A stretch of DNA of 64,000 nt from Octopus vulgaris (GCA_951406725.2 OX597839.1:37386001-37450000), one strand, 5' to 3'; positions 1-14,220 are shown, counted from the stretch's first letter. The notes: generated from the letters alone by a model not told the origin. A program made the numbers and translations.

Positions 1-1323
1 CGTGCTAACGGTTCTGCCAGCTCGCCGCCTTAAATACTTACTAAATTGGTTACTGTTAACCAGGACACTGTGTACTTGCGTGTTTGTGTGTACCAGCTAC
101 TAACTCTAGCATCTAACAAAATATTGACTAACAAATGGTTGTTGGAAATATTCAAGTCCAGGGAAAAGTTCAAACACCATGTACCACCGGACTATGGTCA
201 TACTGAAGCACTCAGAATTTCAGTACGTTGCCTGCTACTTATTTTGTCAAACTCATAGTAGGAGAAGGGCTAAGTAAACCTAGGATTAAGGGACATAAGG
301 TTTTCAATCAAAAGCAATACCACAAGGTACTTTTGCTTAACACACTGACCACTGTCCCTTAGATATACATCAATTATATAATTTAGCCATCACCATCATG
401 ACTTGGTAGAAGCACATGCTTTTAGGTGCATGTCTGGTCCAAAGCAGATAGACACATCCTTTTGACCGTAACACCGGGAACGGTATTGTACTCCCCCATG
501 GTGATAAGTTCTAAGGGGCATTGAAGAAAAGTGGAGCGATAATGGGGTCATTAGGTTAAGCTTTATTTATTAAACATGCTTCAGAAAGAGGTTTATATTT
601 GTGATGGTTATTTGGGGTGGGGGCATTAAGAATGTGGCCTGGGTGCCATGAGTTTGGCAGCCCGAAAAGGTCGGGGAACCACTGAGAAGAACCTTAAAAA
701 TTACAGTTTAAGGGTAAAAGTGAGCTGCACGCCAGTATTTTTATCAGTACTCATTCATCTCATCATCAGAAGGAAGAAGAAATTTTTAAAAAGCCACACA
801 CAGCAAGTTGTACAAAAACCCAGAATAAATAGTCAGGCATTCTGTCTGACACTCCAACCATGCTAGCAAATCCAGTGTACACAGGAGAGAGATGAGCATT
901 TGGCAGCCTGTCTATTATATTACATCTATCCTCATTTATCACTGACCAAAGGTAACATGGTACACTCACTGTGAACCATGTTATGCTCACTACGAAAACA
1001 TCTGTATTGACACAGGTCAGCAATCAGTCAAAAATTCCGCATGGGCAGCACCCTATCACCCATCCATAATGCTTAGAACAAAATCTTTTTTTCCCCATTT
1101 CATTTTTCAATTAACACTTTTAATTTTACAATTAACCAAACACATGTCATAATTGAGGATAGATGCAGAATATATTAGTCACAAGCACTCACCAGAAGGC
1201 ACTAAATCATTGAAAGCCAATGAGTGCAGAACAAGCATGCCAATAGCTAACAACTGGAATATGTTGTTAAGATAATGGAAATTACCAATTCCAAGTGTTG
1301 CTATGAGAACCGAAACAACTTAC

Positions 1324-1444
1324 CTTGTGTGGATATTTGAAATGAACACAAAAGCCCAGCTCTTTGAGAACCCTCCGTTCAGCCTTGATAACTTGATTCT
1401 TTAAATTGATATAATTCTGGTCAAGCACCATGGGATGGATTGTC
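1324..1444 (-). CDS. CCNL1: Cyclin L coding exon 4 ([40 protein letters not shown]); gene continues beyond the window's left edge
   Basis: ttgcAG|G...AAG|GTAAGT, 121 nt, phase compatible with exon 3. Contains the [12 protein letters not shown] motif. Confidence 0.93.
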
Positions 1445-3749
1445 CTGCAAGTACAAGGATTACCACACTGCGGATATGTGTCAAAAAAAAAAAAAAAAAA
1501 AAAAAAAGGCTGCTGCGTCCTTGCAAATAACATCTCAAAAGAGTATAAGACTTTGACTAGAAGAAGAACTGGAATCACATTTAACTGATAAGGGTTGTGG
1601 TTGGTTGAGATGAGAGAGAATGAGCAACAGCTGTGTTGCCATTGAACAGAAAACATGGAGATACTTTCACAAAACTAAAATTATTGTAGTCTAGAAGAAT
1701 GCATCTGTATCTTAATTGTCCAGAGGAATTTATAGTTAGAGATGTGTGTAAAGTGTTGCAGACACAGGAGCAAAATTGGCTGGAGAAGCAGTAAGGTTCC
1801 ATTCTAACTACCTTAATAAAATAAAACCATTATCAGACTGTGTTTAGACAAAACAATGACAACAAAGTATTTCACAACTTGGAGAATTGTAAAAACATTA
1901 TTTGTTACAAATGCAAAAGTATAAAAGAAACGAATCAACCGTAAAACAATGCAATATATTCTCGGCTACCCGATTACTATGAGTGAAAGGATATTTCAAC
2001 CAATATGTAATATTATGAGAAAACTTTTTACAGACATTCCGGTTAAGTCCATTCGATGAACAGCAAATGTTCAGGGTGTTCTCAATGTCCATTCCTTTTA
2101 CCCCTCATAAAGAATGCTTCCATCCTTTTCTCTTGTTTATAGAATATAAGAAAAAATTCCTGAAGAAATGCAATGGCATCGGTAATTGTTATAAAAAAAA
2201 AAATTAGAAAGGAACAGAGAGAGAAACATTTAAGGAATTACTCTACCATTTCAGATACCAGAAGATTCTCAAAGACAAAGTTAAACCAAAAGGGAAAAAA
2301 AAAAAATAGAAATAATAATAAACAAAAAAAACAATGCAGTTATGACAATCAAAGGAAAGAACCATCTTGTCTTAGAAACTGTTAAAACTAGCAGAAGATA
2401 ATTAACGTTTAGATTATGAGAAAATCAGAAAAATTCAACTCACCCTGAGGAGTTCGGGAAGCAACGAGTGTGAACATTTGCAAATGTCTGCCAAATTCAC
2501 TGGTAATGGTAAGTTTTTCCAGCAGGTTCTAGAGAACATTTCAGTACAAGTTGAACAGTGCTTTAGATGTTTACTTGACTGAAATACGGAGACTGGTTCT
2601 TTTGTTTACAAATTTACAATTCCGCGATCAAAACGAAAGCAAGAACCGCCACACCTACAAACAATTCTGACTAAATTGGATTGACAATATTTCCACAAAC
2701 AGGACCAACAAATCAGTTTCAATTATAAAAATTCTTGCTAGAAATTAAAAGTAATTAAATGGTATCAATTAAAATACGTTAATTTTACATGTTAACTCAA
2801 GTGGAAATATTGCATGAAATAAACAGAATATGTTACTTAAACCAATCCAATATTTTAAGAATTATAAATGACAAACAATCTATACTCCTCAATAGTAGCA
2901 CCTTATTATGTTTGATGAGTTTTTCAATATTTCAAGATTAAGGCTTCAATATTTGCTAATTATTCACTGAACACTAATAAAATTATAACTACGGGTCATG
3001 AAATCTTAAACATCTAAATGAGCTCTTCTGGCGAATTTCATCGACTACAAATTAGGTGTGTGCGGGGTGAGTTAACAATGATAATCAGACAGCAATAATC
3101 AAACTTGAAAGTTGTGCTAGAATGGATGTTAAAAACAACAAAATTCAGATCTATATAGCAAGCCTGAGAGAAAACTGGTATAATTTTTTTAAATGACTAT
3201 ACTTTGATGGTAAAGCGAATGGTCAAGTGTTTTGTGGTACATGTAACATGTTTTGGTAATGGAAACGTTTTTGTAGATATCTCAGTTCAGTCACTCAGTG
3301 CAGAAACATTTCTACCTGCCTTTTCATGTAAGCTTTTATGGGGGGAAAAAATGACACAGATGTCATAAAATACATCATTTCAAAGCCTACAACAACACAC
3401 GAGCACAGTACCAGACACAGCTCAGATTGAAATACACCCTGAAAACAATATGACTGTGCAAAGAAAGCCTGAAAATATGCTGTTGACAGAAATGGCGACA
3501 TTGTTCATTTCATTAGACATAGCCAAATCACTAGAATCCACCACAGCATCCAGTAGTTGCTGTGGTGTGGTGACAATGTGAAAAGGTAAAGCTTTTGCTA
3601 TAGATCACAGACCAATCCACAAAAATTTTAATGAGCCCCCTTCACTGTATGAGAAACAGTGTGTTGTGCTATGTATAAAACTTAGGAATGCTAGATCCCC
3701 ATAGCTCTTTGAAGAGAGAGGACATGCAGTAACTGAATTCTAATTTACT

Positions 3750-4050
3750 GCATGTTTGAGCATGCAATTTCATTTTCCCAGAAATTGGATGAAACAAAAT
3801 GGTTATATGGGAATGTACCAACTCTCTTATCAACCATCCAAGAGTGGAGATTGAGGTTTGCTGGCCACTGTTGGAGAAGTAAAGAAGAACTTGTGAGTAA
3901 TGTTGCTGTGGACATCAAATTGTGGTACCACAGAAGACGCATAAACAACAGCGTGCAAAGTTGAAGACTTAAAAACACCAATGGAAGATCGGGATGGATG
4001 GAGAGAGGTAGTCAAGCTGGCCCAGGCAATCACCCTGACTGGCTGATATC
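3750..4050 (+). mobile_element. Degenerate RTE-like LINE 3' fragment
   Basis: LYGNVPTLLSTIQEWRLRFAGHCWRSKEELVS followed by a frameshifted MEDRDGWREVV, the typical RTE ORF C-terminus. Confidence 0.7.
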
Positions 4051-7000
4051 TTGATAAGGAAGAATAAAATAGTTTCAACAAAACAGACTGACCACTTGCA
4101 GAGCAACAGTTCCCATTGACATAATCATTAAAGAACTACGACTCAGGCTGGTAGAGTGGTAGAACTGTTACAACATCAGAAAAGCTGCTGAGCAGTAAAC
4201 ACTCCAATTCTCTACATTCTGAGTTCAAATCCCATCAGGAATCAACCTCGCCCTTCATTCTAATGGTTTTAATATAATGAACCATCACTGAAGTACTGGT
4301 GGTTGATGGGATTGATTAGTCATTCCATTTGTTTCAAAATTGACGGTTTTGCACAAAGAGTAGAAAGCATTATTTTAAAACGTAAAGAAATGAAGTGCCC
4401 TGGATCACTCGATTGGCTGACCTTTCAGTTTCTTGACAATTTCCATGAAACTGTTAATACACTGTGCACACCAGATGAACTAAAAACAGCAGTCCACCAG
4501 GAAGTGATACTAACATGTCAATCCAGGGTGCAATGTAGACTTTCCATGCCAAGTTCTAAATATGTGCATGAAACAATGGCAAAGGGTTCATACACCACTT
4601 GCAAGGCTGAGTGATCTATGTGCCATTAGTTATAGACAATAAAGATTAGTCATATGCTATATTTGCCAACAATGTCTACACATTGTTTCCCTGCAGGATC
4701 CTGTATTAAAAGGACTACATCAGATGAGGTAACAATTATTTAAATGGCATTTAGGTGGGGAACAGGTTACACTCCACAGATTAAGCATGGAAAAACACCC
4801 AAAAGAACTGAAATTCATTGGTGAACCAACACCTGCCTCTTCAACTAAAGATTACACATTGACGCCCACTAAGTGACTGAACAAGACAAAGAAATTAGAT
4901 ATCACTTCAAGGTCATGTTAATTAAATAAAGATTACGGATTATGACATCATTAACATCTGAAGCATAAATACATCAGCAGCAGCCTCAGTGGAGCAAATC
5001 ATTGTCACAAGATATAAAAATTCCTATTTCTAATCCAGTCTGGAGCTGCATACACAGTCAAGAATAAGACACCTAATCTGCATAGAGTAGATATGAGGAG
5101 ATTTATGACATTAGGAAGGCAGCACCACTACGTATATTTCATCAAGTTTGCATCATTAATGTGTTAATTAGCTTAAAGAGGGCAGCATCATTTATCTTAT
5201 ATAACTTTCCATCTCAAACCATTTCAGCATAAAATGTTATTAGACCATTACTTTTCATTTATTACGTCAATATTTCAGAATCAACTACAAGAGAGCTTCC
5301 AGTGACATGGCCAACACTACTACAATAATTATATTAACATCAATTAATAGGCCAATCAAACTAAAGATAGTCACAAAGCAAATTTCCATTATAGTATTCA
5401 CTGCTGAATAATTAACATAACCTTTTTGATACCAACCCACCTGAAATAGCCCCTGGTTCCATGATACAAACCTCATGTTTTCAAGTGATCTAAATTAAAA
5501 CTTTCCAGAAAATTTGAGGTATTCAACTCTTTTGTTACCAACCCGGCTGAAACTGGCTCTGTGGTACAAATGCCTTGTTTTCATAAGTTCTGAATTAAAA
5601 TCTCCTAACACTAGCTGAATGATAACTAAGCTATTTTACTAAATTCTTTGTTATATTTAAATTGAAAGAAACAAAGAGTATCTCAAAATAAATACAGTAA
5701 CAAAAGGGTTAAGGATGAAAGGAAGGCATTCTATTTCAACAACAAAAGATTAATGCGGCAAACATGAGCTCCTTAAATAGTAAGGAATTTATGTGAAATA
5801 TGCAGAAATATGCTACACTTTATAGAATAATTTCGAAATTAAGAAAACCTTACACCTTTGAGTTAGAATACTTAACACTTTTCGATACCAACCTGCCCGT
5901 AATCTTATAATACAAGCTTCCTGTTTTAAAGTGAACTTCAACTAAAACCTGCCATCAAAAATTGATATTTCAAACACCAGCTTAATAAGGACAATTTCAT
6001 TTTGCTACATACTGACGAAACAACGAAGAAAACCAGTGCATTTCAACAGAAATATAGTAAAAAAAAAAAGGGTTTTACACAGGCTACCACTCTATCTACA
6101 ACATTCACATTCTGATAACTCTTTAGCTGTTCAGAGAATTTCAAAAAATAATGTTATGTAATCAGGACATGCATAAAGTCTCTCCACTCGTCTTTCCAGC
6201 AAGTTTATTCAATATAAGCCCCAGAGACAAACCAAAAGCATACATACTCCATAGTTGCTCAATCTGCTAGAAATTACAGCAAAGTCTCCTAGAGGATACT
6301 GGATTATACATTCGGTTACAAGTCAACTCAAGTTTGACCCAAGGTTGAACACCAGTAACATCAAATATGACATGCAAAGAATAGCAGCCAAATCCCTCTC
6401 AGACTGCATCCTACTGGCCTAAAAAGGCCAGACCAGATTGGATAATTTAGTCCTAGATATGCAATGCTCAAAAGAATCATGGTTGGAACATCTTTGACCA
6501 AAGGTGACTTCAATCAAAGTTGAACCATGCTAACCACCACCATAAACTGAATTCCATACTGTGTGGAGTTGTATTTAATTATGAACACCTACAAACATTA
6601 ACACAATTGTTATTTTAAACACAACACTACCAGGGGCTGCAATCAGAAAAAACAGATTATGTAGGCCTTTAAGCATATGACACTGAATCCACACAGCCAA
6701 AGCTCCATAAAAACTGTCAAGGCTAACTCCATTGGCTCCACCTCCCATAAACTGCTCATTCTACACTGTCGTAGCTCCACCACACACACAACCAACTACC
6801 ATTAAATGGTATGGTTTCTCTTCTACCCCAACTTTAACAAGTCTATACGTCTCTGCTGATCTCAAACCCTCCTAGTCACTGACCTTCAAAATTTCATAGC
6901 ATCCACGTGGTCCTATAGTCAGCACTGGAGATTAACTGGAAAGGCTAAGCACAGCCATCCTTCCTCAAACTAGAATTAAAGATGAAAAAGAGACCTACGA

Positions 7001-8045
7001 GAATATTACAGTAAGTAAACCCAGCTAGATAAGAGACATTATATCTCTGATGCCATATTATTGTAATGCCGAGGGGACAAAATCAACAACTCACTTGAGC
7101 CCCACGTCCTGGTTCTACAATATAAATTTCCTGTCTCAAAATCTTCCATTAACATTCCGTGCTTTTAATACCAGCTTAATTAATAATGAGTTAACTTTAC
7201 TAAATTCTTCATTATTTTAAAAATTAATTCAAACATATTTCAAAAGAAACAGAGTAACAAAAGGATTGAAGTATGCATATGATACAACAGGTGATATCAC
7301 ATACACCACTGTTGGTTATATGGCGTCAACAGGCCAAACAACGGTTAACTGCCCTTCCTCATAGCAGCAATAACTGATGGGAGATTCTATGCGGAATCTG
7401 GCAGAATAAAAAATCAAATGTGTTATTGTTACTTAAAAGCACTAGGACTTTGTCAATTTCGAACACTGTCAATGGATGATAAATAAACAAGACACCAGTT
7501 TATTTGACCATGATGTATAAAACAGTGACATTATATATATATCACCATGACGATTATCTACAACTAGTACAGAGAACCACGTACTTAAATTGTTGACCTA
7601 ATCCAAAAAAGTAATGTGAAGAAATTGAGGACAACATTTTGTCCTCAATCATTTACTCAATGTCTTACAAACCTATTATTTATTCAAATATCATTAACTA
7701 GCAGACAGACTACAGACCAAAATAATCCCTCTTAGAACTAAAATGTGTTGATCAACATGAATATTTTATGAAAATCATGTTTATATAAAAACCCACACCT
7801 GAATATAAACATTCTTTTAATTAACCAACATCTTAGGTCCTATAAGCATCTAGTTTTCGCAAAAGAAGCTATATAATTTGACAAAATTGGTGCGAGAAGA
7901 GAAAGTACAGAAAAAAAAGACAAAAATATTCTCTCTACCAATCTATCTCATTGTATGAAAACAATTTTAAATATGTGTTTAAAGTGAAAGCTGTTACCAA
8001 GAGGAACATTTTTCACACTAATTATATTCGATGGTGTGTGTGTGT

Positions 8046-8486
8046 ATATAGGAGTGGCTGTGTGGTAAGTAGCTTGCTTACCAACCACATGGTTCCGGGT
8101 TCAGTCCCACTGTGTGGCACTTTGGGCAAGTGTCTTCTACTATAGCCTCGGGCCGACCAAAGCCCTGAGTGGATCTCGGAAACTGAAAGACGCCTGTTGT
8201 ATCTATAAATGCTAATATCTATACAGGCTTGATTTTTTATCTTATTAAGCAAAAATTCTTATATATATACATGTGTGTGTATGTTTGTGTGTCTGTGTTT
8301 GTCCTCCCAACATTGCTTGAGAACCGATGCTGGTGCGTTTACATCCCCGTAACTTAGCAGTTTGGCAAAAGAGATCAATAGAATAAGTACTAGGCTTACA
8401 AAGAATAAGTACTGGGGTTAATTTGCTTGACTAAAGGCAGTGCTCCAGCATGGCTCCAGTCACATGACTGAAACAAGTAAAAGAGT
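8046..8486 (+). mobile_element. SINE family A (tRNA head, CORE-like segment, internal (TA)n(TG)n)
   Basis: A box TGGCTGTGTGG, B box GGTTCAGTCC, (C)TTGGGCAAGTGTCTT CORE-like block, 3' end CAAATGACTGAAACAAGTAAAAGAG. Confidence 0.85.
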
Positions 8487-9026
8487 ATCTTGTTCGTTGA
8501 ATAATGTAAGCTAGCTTACAACCACCAAGACAAGAAAACAGCAGCACAGACATATAAACAGGCTTCATTCCGTTTCCATCTGCCAAATTTACTTAGAAAG
8601 AATCAGTTGGCCCGAGGCTATAGAATACTTATCCAAAGTGCTATGCAGCAGATGGGAAGCCAAACAATTAGGCTTACACTTTTCGCTTTCAAGTGTGTGT
8701 GTGTATATATATATACACATACATACACACACACACATACACACAGAATCTGAAGCAAAAAAACCCTATATAAATATTGAAAAACGTTTTCATCTTCAAA
8801 GACTAAATGTATAAGAAAACTCTTTAAATTTCTTTAGAGTAAAAGCTTCAAAATCAAATGGAAATCACTCCAAGTTTAGTCTACAAATCATTTTTGGGCA
8901 TCACCCTTACGTATGACAACCTACCAGTTACCAACAAAATAATATACTTATCTACAACCTCATATTTAAAATATGCTAGAGCCATTAGGCTTAAGGGTTA
9001 AGAACTGTGTCAAATCTGAGATCTAA

Positions 9027-9153
9027 CTAGAGCAAACCAGCTCCTCAACCAGAACCAACTGGAGTAAACCAGCTCCTCAACCAGAACCAACAAGAATAAA
9101 CCAGCTCCTCAACCGGAACCAACTAGAGGTAACCACCTCCTCAACCAGAACAA
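9027..9153. repeat. Minisatellite, about four copies of a 32-bp unit
   Basis: AAACCAGCTCCTCAACCAGAACCAAC repeated. Confidence 0.9.
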
Positions 9154-11010
9154 CAAAAAAAAAAAAATCTCTCCCCACCACTTATTGTTCAGACAGCGAT
9201 GAACAAATTATAGTAACTAAATATGAATACACAGAACGCAAGAAGGCCCTAAGCACTCAGTCACTGAATTTGGTCAAATTACATTCAACTCTGTTAAAAA
9301 AGAAAGGACACATTGAACATACCAAAAAGACAATGCTCACAGTAAGAACCCTTTCGACTATGGGTTTGCTTGACAGGGCTAACCCTGAGTACTAACACTA
9401 TCATTCCAAGATATCTGATGACCAGGTTACATGTTAACCTAACTCATCAATTATATACAGCATACTGGATAAAAGCAGACATCTCCATTACACAGCAAGA
9501 TAAAATAAGCCAATGGAGGAGCCTCTAAGCAGTTGCTCAATCCGCTGGAAATTTCCTGGAGTTCACACATTATAATCATTAATGAACACACTGCATTTTG
9601 TAGTATCTAGACCTCTCGATAACAGTAGGCTAAACAACAATACCCCCAACAAGCTTAATGCCAGACATATAATACACACCAAAACTATTATAAGCTTTTT
9701 TTAGATTTCTTCTAGAAATAAAATTGTCTGTCATTACCATCATTTTACACTGACAGCTCTGCTCTCTGCCTACCTCTATATTTGCATCTTTTATCCTTCA
9801 GTTCATTGTCATTGGTCCATGGTCATACCGGGACCCCACTTTCAAGGGCTTAAATGAACAAATCAACCCCAGCATACATTTTTAAAGCCTGGTACTTATA
9901 CCTGCTCTATCAACCTTTTTTTTTGCCGGACAGTGAACTTCTTAATGACATTCTTAGCCACACAAGAATATTTCACTTAATTTATAGCAAAAGTAACATC
10001 AGCAGAGACAGGAGAGAAGTGACTTTATCCAAACCTAAGTCTTATCTACATCACCAGTAGCAGTGCTTCTCATGCTTTGATTCTCAACCATCACGCTCTT
10101 AATCCATGCAAAAAATTTATAATACAGGGATGAAGGAACGAACAGGCTTTAATACAAGTCCCAACAATAGTCTCTGTGCTTTAGTATCAACTGTTAGTTG
10201 CTGAGTTTACCACATTATACAAATATGATCCAGCAATAGGTGTGTACCTACCTGTTAGCAGATATGTAATATGCATAATATGGAAAACCTGGCAGCTAAC
10301 AGCTATTGTACAGAACTGTTGTGATTTCTATTAAAGGCTGTTCATTCCATCTTGGATTAAAAATATACACACACACACACAAACATGATAAGCTTCCATA
10401 CAGACTCAATCTAAATTCACTTACAAGGCACTGACCAATCAGGGACTACAGTAGAAGACACTTGCCCATGGTGCTGTACAGGGGGACTGAACCCGAAACA
10501 ACATTACAAAGTAAACTCGATAAAACAGCAATGCCTGCAATCCAAAAGACTAATTTATCGTCATCTTCATTTAACATTCATTTTCCATGCCGGCATGGGT
10601 TGGATGGTTTGGCAGGAGCTGGCCAGGCTCCAGCTGTCTCTTCTGGCAGTGTTTCTACAGCTGGATGCCCTTCCTAATGCCAACCACTTTACAGAATGTA
10701 CTTGATGCTTTTTATATGGCACTGGCACGGATACTCTTACATGACACCAACATGAGAGCTTTTGATGTGAGGAAAAATTGAATTCTTATTTAAATAATAT
10801 CTCCTAAAAAGCTCTTCCCAAAAACAGAAACTACTAAATTTTCTCACAAGTTAATTACTCATTATTGTTGTTACAATCAACATGTCATGAAAATGAATCA
10901 TAAACACTCCTGTCACATCTATATTATAATCCTGCTTTGTTCATTTACAAGTTACACTTAAGTTAGTTGGGGGACCGGGAGTGAGAGAAAGAAGCAGAGA
11001 AAACTGCATA

Positions 11011-11058
<48 letters not shown>

Positions 11059-12832
11059 TATCTCTACATTAATGCACTAAGGGAGAACGTGTAATGTTGT
11101 GGTCAGTTGAAGGGAGAGGAGAAGAGAGAGTGAAAGCTAGTATGCTGTTAAATAGTTGAAGGAAGTAGAAGGAAAGAGAGAGAGAGGGGAAAGAATATTT
11201 AATGCATGGGAAATGTTGTTATAGTTGAAAGAAAAAGGGGAGACAGAAAAAATGTGTTTACTGAAGGGATCAGCAACAAGTGTTAGTTTCTTTATGTTTT
11301 GTTTTGAACTTTTATGCACTTTAGTGAATTATTGTCAGTTCAGTCAATACTTATACAATATGGCCAACAATGTAAAACATCTTACAATTCACAAAATAAC
11401 CATGGGATTTTCACGGGGTACAACTAGTATTATCGTAAATGAGACTACCATCATGAACACAATGTCTAAAAATTGATTTCAAATTTTGGTACAAGGCCAG
11501 CCATTTCAAAGTCAATTACATCAATCCCAGTACCCACTGGTACTTATGTCTAAATATTAACATGCATTATGTCACTAAAATTAAAGTCCCACCAGGTTTT
11601 GTAGAGTAGACTTAACCAGTTCTTCTATATTCTTTATTTATTATATAATACATTAAGGTCTCACTTTTTAATATCAAAGTTTACAATTACACATCATATA
11701 TTCCCAAACCAGATTTTAAAAACCAACATTTCCACAAATCCTTAAACCATAAAACCAGACAGGTCAAAGACACTTAAAATCACACAACTCCCTCCAATAT
11801 CTACACTCTATTAAACGAGAATGTAATTAATGTATCAATTCTCAACAGCTATAAACTCCCCGCAGAGTTAATTAGCTTTGCACATTTGGGTCACACAAAT
11901 ATCTCGCAAAATAGTTATGAAAGGTAGAGACATTTACCAAGTGACAAGATAATGTTATCTCTCAAATAATAATTAGATGTTATTACATGCCTATTCTACT
12001 TATAAAATAGTGCCTCAGTCAGAAGAGAAAAATCACCCATCACCACCACTTTCCCATGCTGCTATTGGTTGGACAGACTGTCACAATTCAGCTCAGCACT
12101 TATTAAGGAGTCACTGCTTTCCTAGATGGGTCGGGGACCATATCAGACCATGGATTCCACAGATGCAGCCCAATAACTTAAACTACTTCCCCCCAGTATA
12201 TGCATATGAGAGGTTCCTATACCATTTTCCTCAACTATATTCCAATTCTGCACAATGGTAGAAGTCACCCATCCAAGTTTAATACATATATTACATATTC
12301 TTACATATATAAATATTCACACGCATATGTTGTGCACACACACACACACACATACACCCCTATTCGTGTAAATAAAAGAATGGCAAAATGGGTGTAAATT
12401 GTAGAAGGGTAAGAAGAATCACAACCCCATTATTATCTGAAGATATTCCAAGAGATAAAACTTACCTTTGTGATGAACCAAATGAAAAGTCGATCTGATC
12501 GTAGGACAACAATGCCTAAATAACAAGTCAGGCCACACATATACACACACTTCAAAATGTGTTGGTAAATCAAAGACCACTTCCTAAGTGTAGTTATGCT
12601 GCCATATCACAGCCTGCATTTTACTCAGCCATTCATACAGCATGAACAGTCATGATACACTCACTGAACGATGTCTTATCTTTCTCGTTATATCCAAACA
12701 CACAACCTAATCACCTAGGTAACCTAAGTAGAACTACACCAGTTATTTGCAGCAAAATAATATTTCTTTCTAAATTCATATTTATTTATCCAGATTTGAG
12801 ACGTTATACTTCTACTGGTCTCAGTCAGTGAA

Positions 12833-13355
12833 CTAGTTAGTTAGTTAGTTAATTAATTTTTGGCTCAAAAAGCAAAAAGCAAGGCCATGTAGGGGGACAT
12901 GGAGTTATGTACAGGGTGGTGTTCATGTAAAGAGTTCAGGCCACTTGAGGTCAAAGGAGACTTCGAACAAAGCGGTCGTCGGCATCTTCACCATCTCGTC
13001 TGGCAGCTTGTTCCACGGATCCGCAACCCGGACGGAGAAAGCCCCACTCCTTCGATTGAGATGAAATCGTCGCAGATAGAGCTTTTCGGAATGACCTCGC
13101 AGCCGACACTCTGGAGCAGGAGTGAAGAACAGCTCTTTCGAGAGGTTACACTTTCCGCTTATGATGTTATGAGCAAGAATGAGATCACCACAGCGGCGGC
13201 GTTTTTCTAGAGAATAAAGGTCGAGCGTCTTCAGCCTTTCTTCATAAGACAAATTCTTGAGACCAAGAACCATGTGGGTAGCCAGCTTCTGGACTCTTTC
13301 GAGATGCTGTATGTCTTTGAGGAGATAAGGAGATACTGGGGCACTGCCTTCAAAG
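12833..13355 (-). mobile_element. CR1/L2-group LINE 3' fragment with (CTAA)n tail
   Basis: SPYLLKDIQHLERVQKLAT...LSYEERLKTLDLYSLEKRR...LRGHSEKL...FSVRVADPWNKLP, with a short-repeat tail at 12833-12850. Confidence 0.88.
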
Positions 13356-13513
13356 GCTCCCACTACTACACATGTCCATTTACAAAATTTCACTCAAGGA
13401 TTTTTGCCAATGAAGCAGCTATGCAACAGGATCAAAACCAGGACCAATGGGTTGCAAAGCTACCATCTTAACCACAAAGCCATCAATGTACCATACATAT
13501 ACACATGATACAT

Positions 13514-13553
<40 letters not shown>

Positions 13554-13946
13554 TAACATCATGGGAAAGCCAGGATAGTAATATCACATTGACCTGGTCA
13601 CTGACATTGTGAAGAGATAGAGGAATAACATTAGGCATAGATGTACGACAGAAACTTCGTCAATATTTCATGATTGATCCCCAATATAATAATCAATCTC
13701 AACAACGGATCTATATTTGCTGTTTATCAAATTATTATAAGTGTATGTAGAAAACAGTTGTCTAGTGACCTAGGTGGGTTCACAATCTTATATGATCAGC
13801 ATGTTGTGACCTTGAGCAAACATTTCATTTCATATTGCTGCAGAACACTCAGCTGAAAATGAGCACCAATACTAGCAGGAGGAAACCAGGAGTCTTTCCC
13901 TAGAGCCCCATTCAGAAGTTAGTATTGTACTCTTTGTAAATTATAC

Positions 13947-14220
13947 ATCATCATCGTTTAATGCCTGCTTTCCATGCTGGCATAGGTTGGATGATTAGAC
14001 TGAGGTCTGGTGAACAAGATGGCTGCACCAGACTCCAATCTGATCTGGCAGAGTTTCTACAGCTGGATGCTCTTCCTAACGCCAACCACACCAAGAGTGT
14101 AGTGGGTGCTTTTACGTGCCAGTCTGGTGGTACTGGCAACGGCCACGCTCAAATGGTGCTTTTCACGTGCCACACAGGCACAGGAGCCAGTCTAGCAGCA
14201 CTGGCAACGACCTCACTCGA
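13947..14220 (-). mobile_element. Repeat family C (GGTTGGCGTTAGGAAGGGCATCCAGCTGTAGAAAC core, (TGA)n tail)
   Basis: Other copies at about 10557-10728, 37892-38073, 40408-40580, 40880-41095, 48949-49140, 49450-49610 and 52213-52600. Confidence 0.8.

Noticed and set aside
1-1323. Search for cyclin L exon 5 (IIVMYLQVL...AW-like)
   Set aside because: No matching minus-strand peptide found; the exon presumably lies left of the window.
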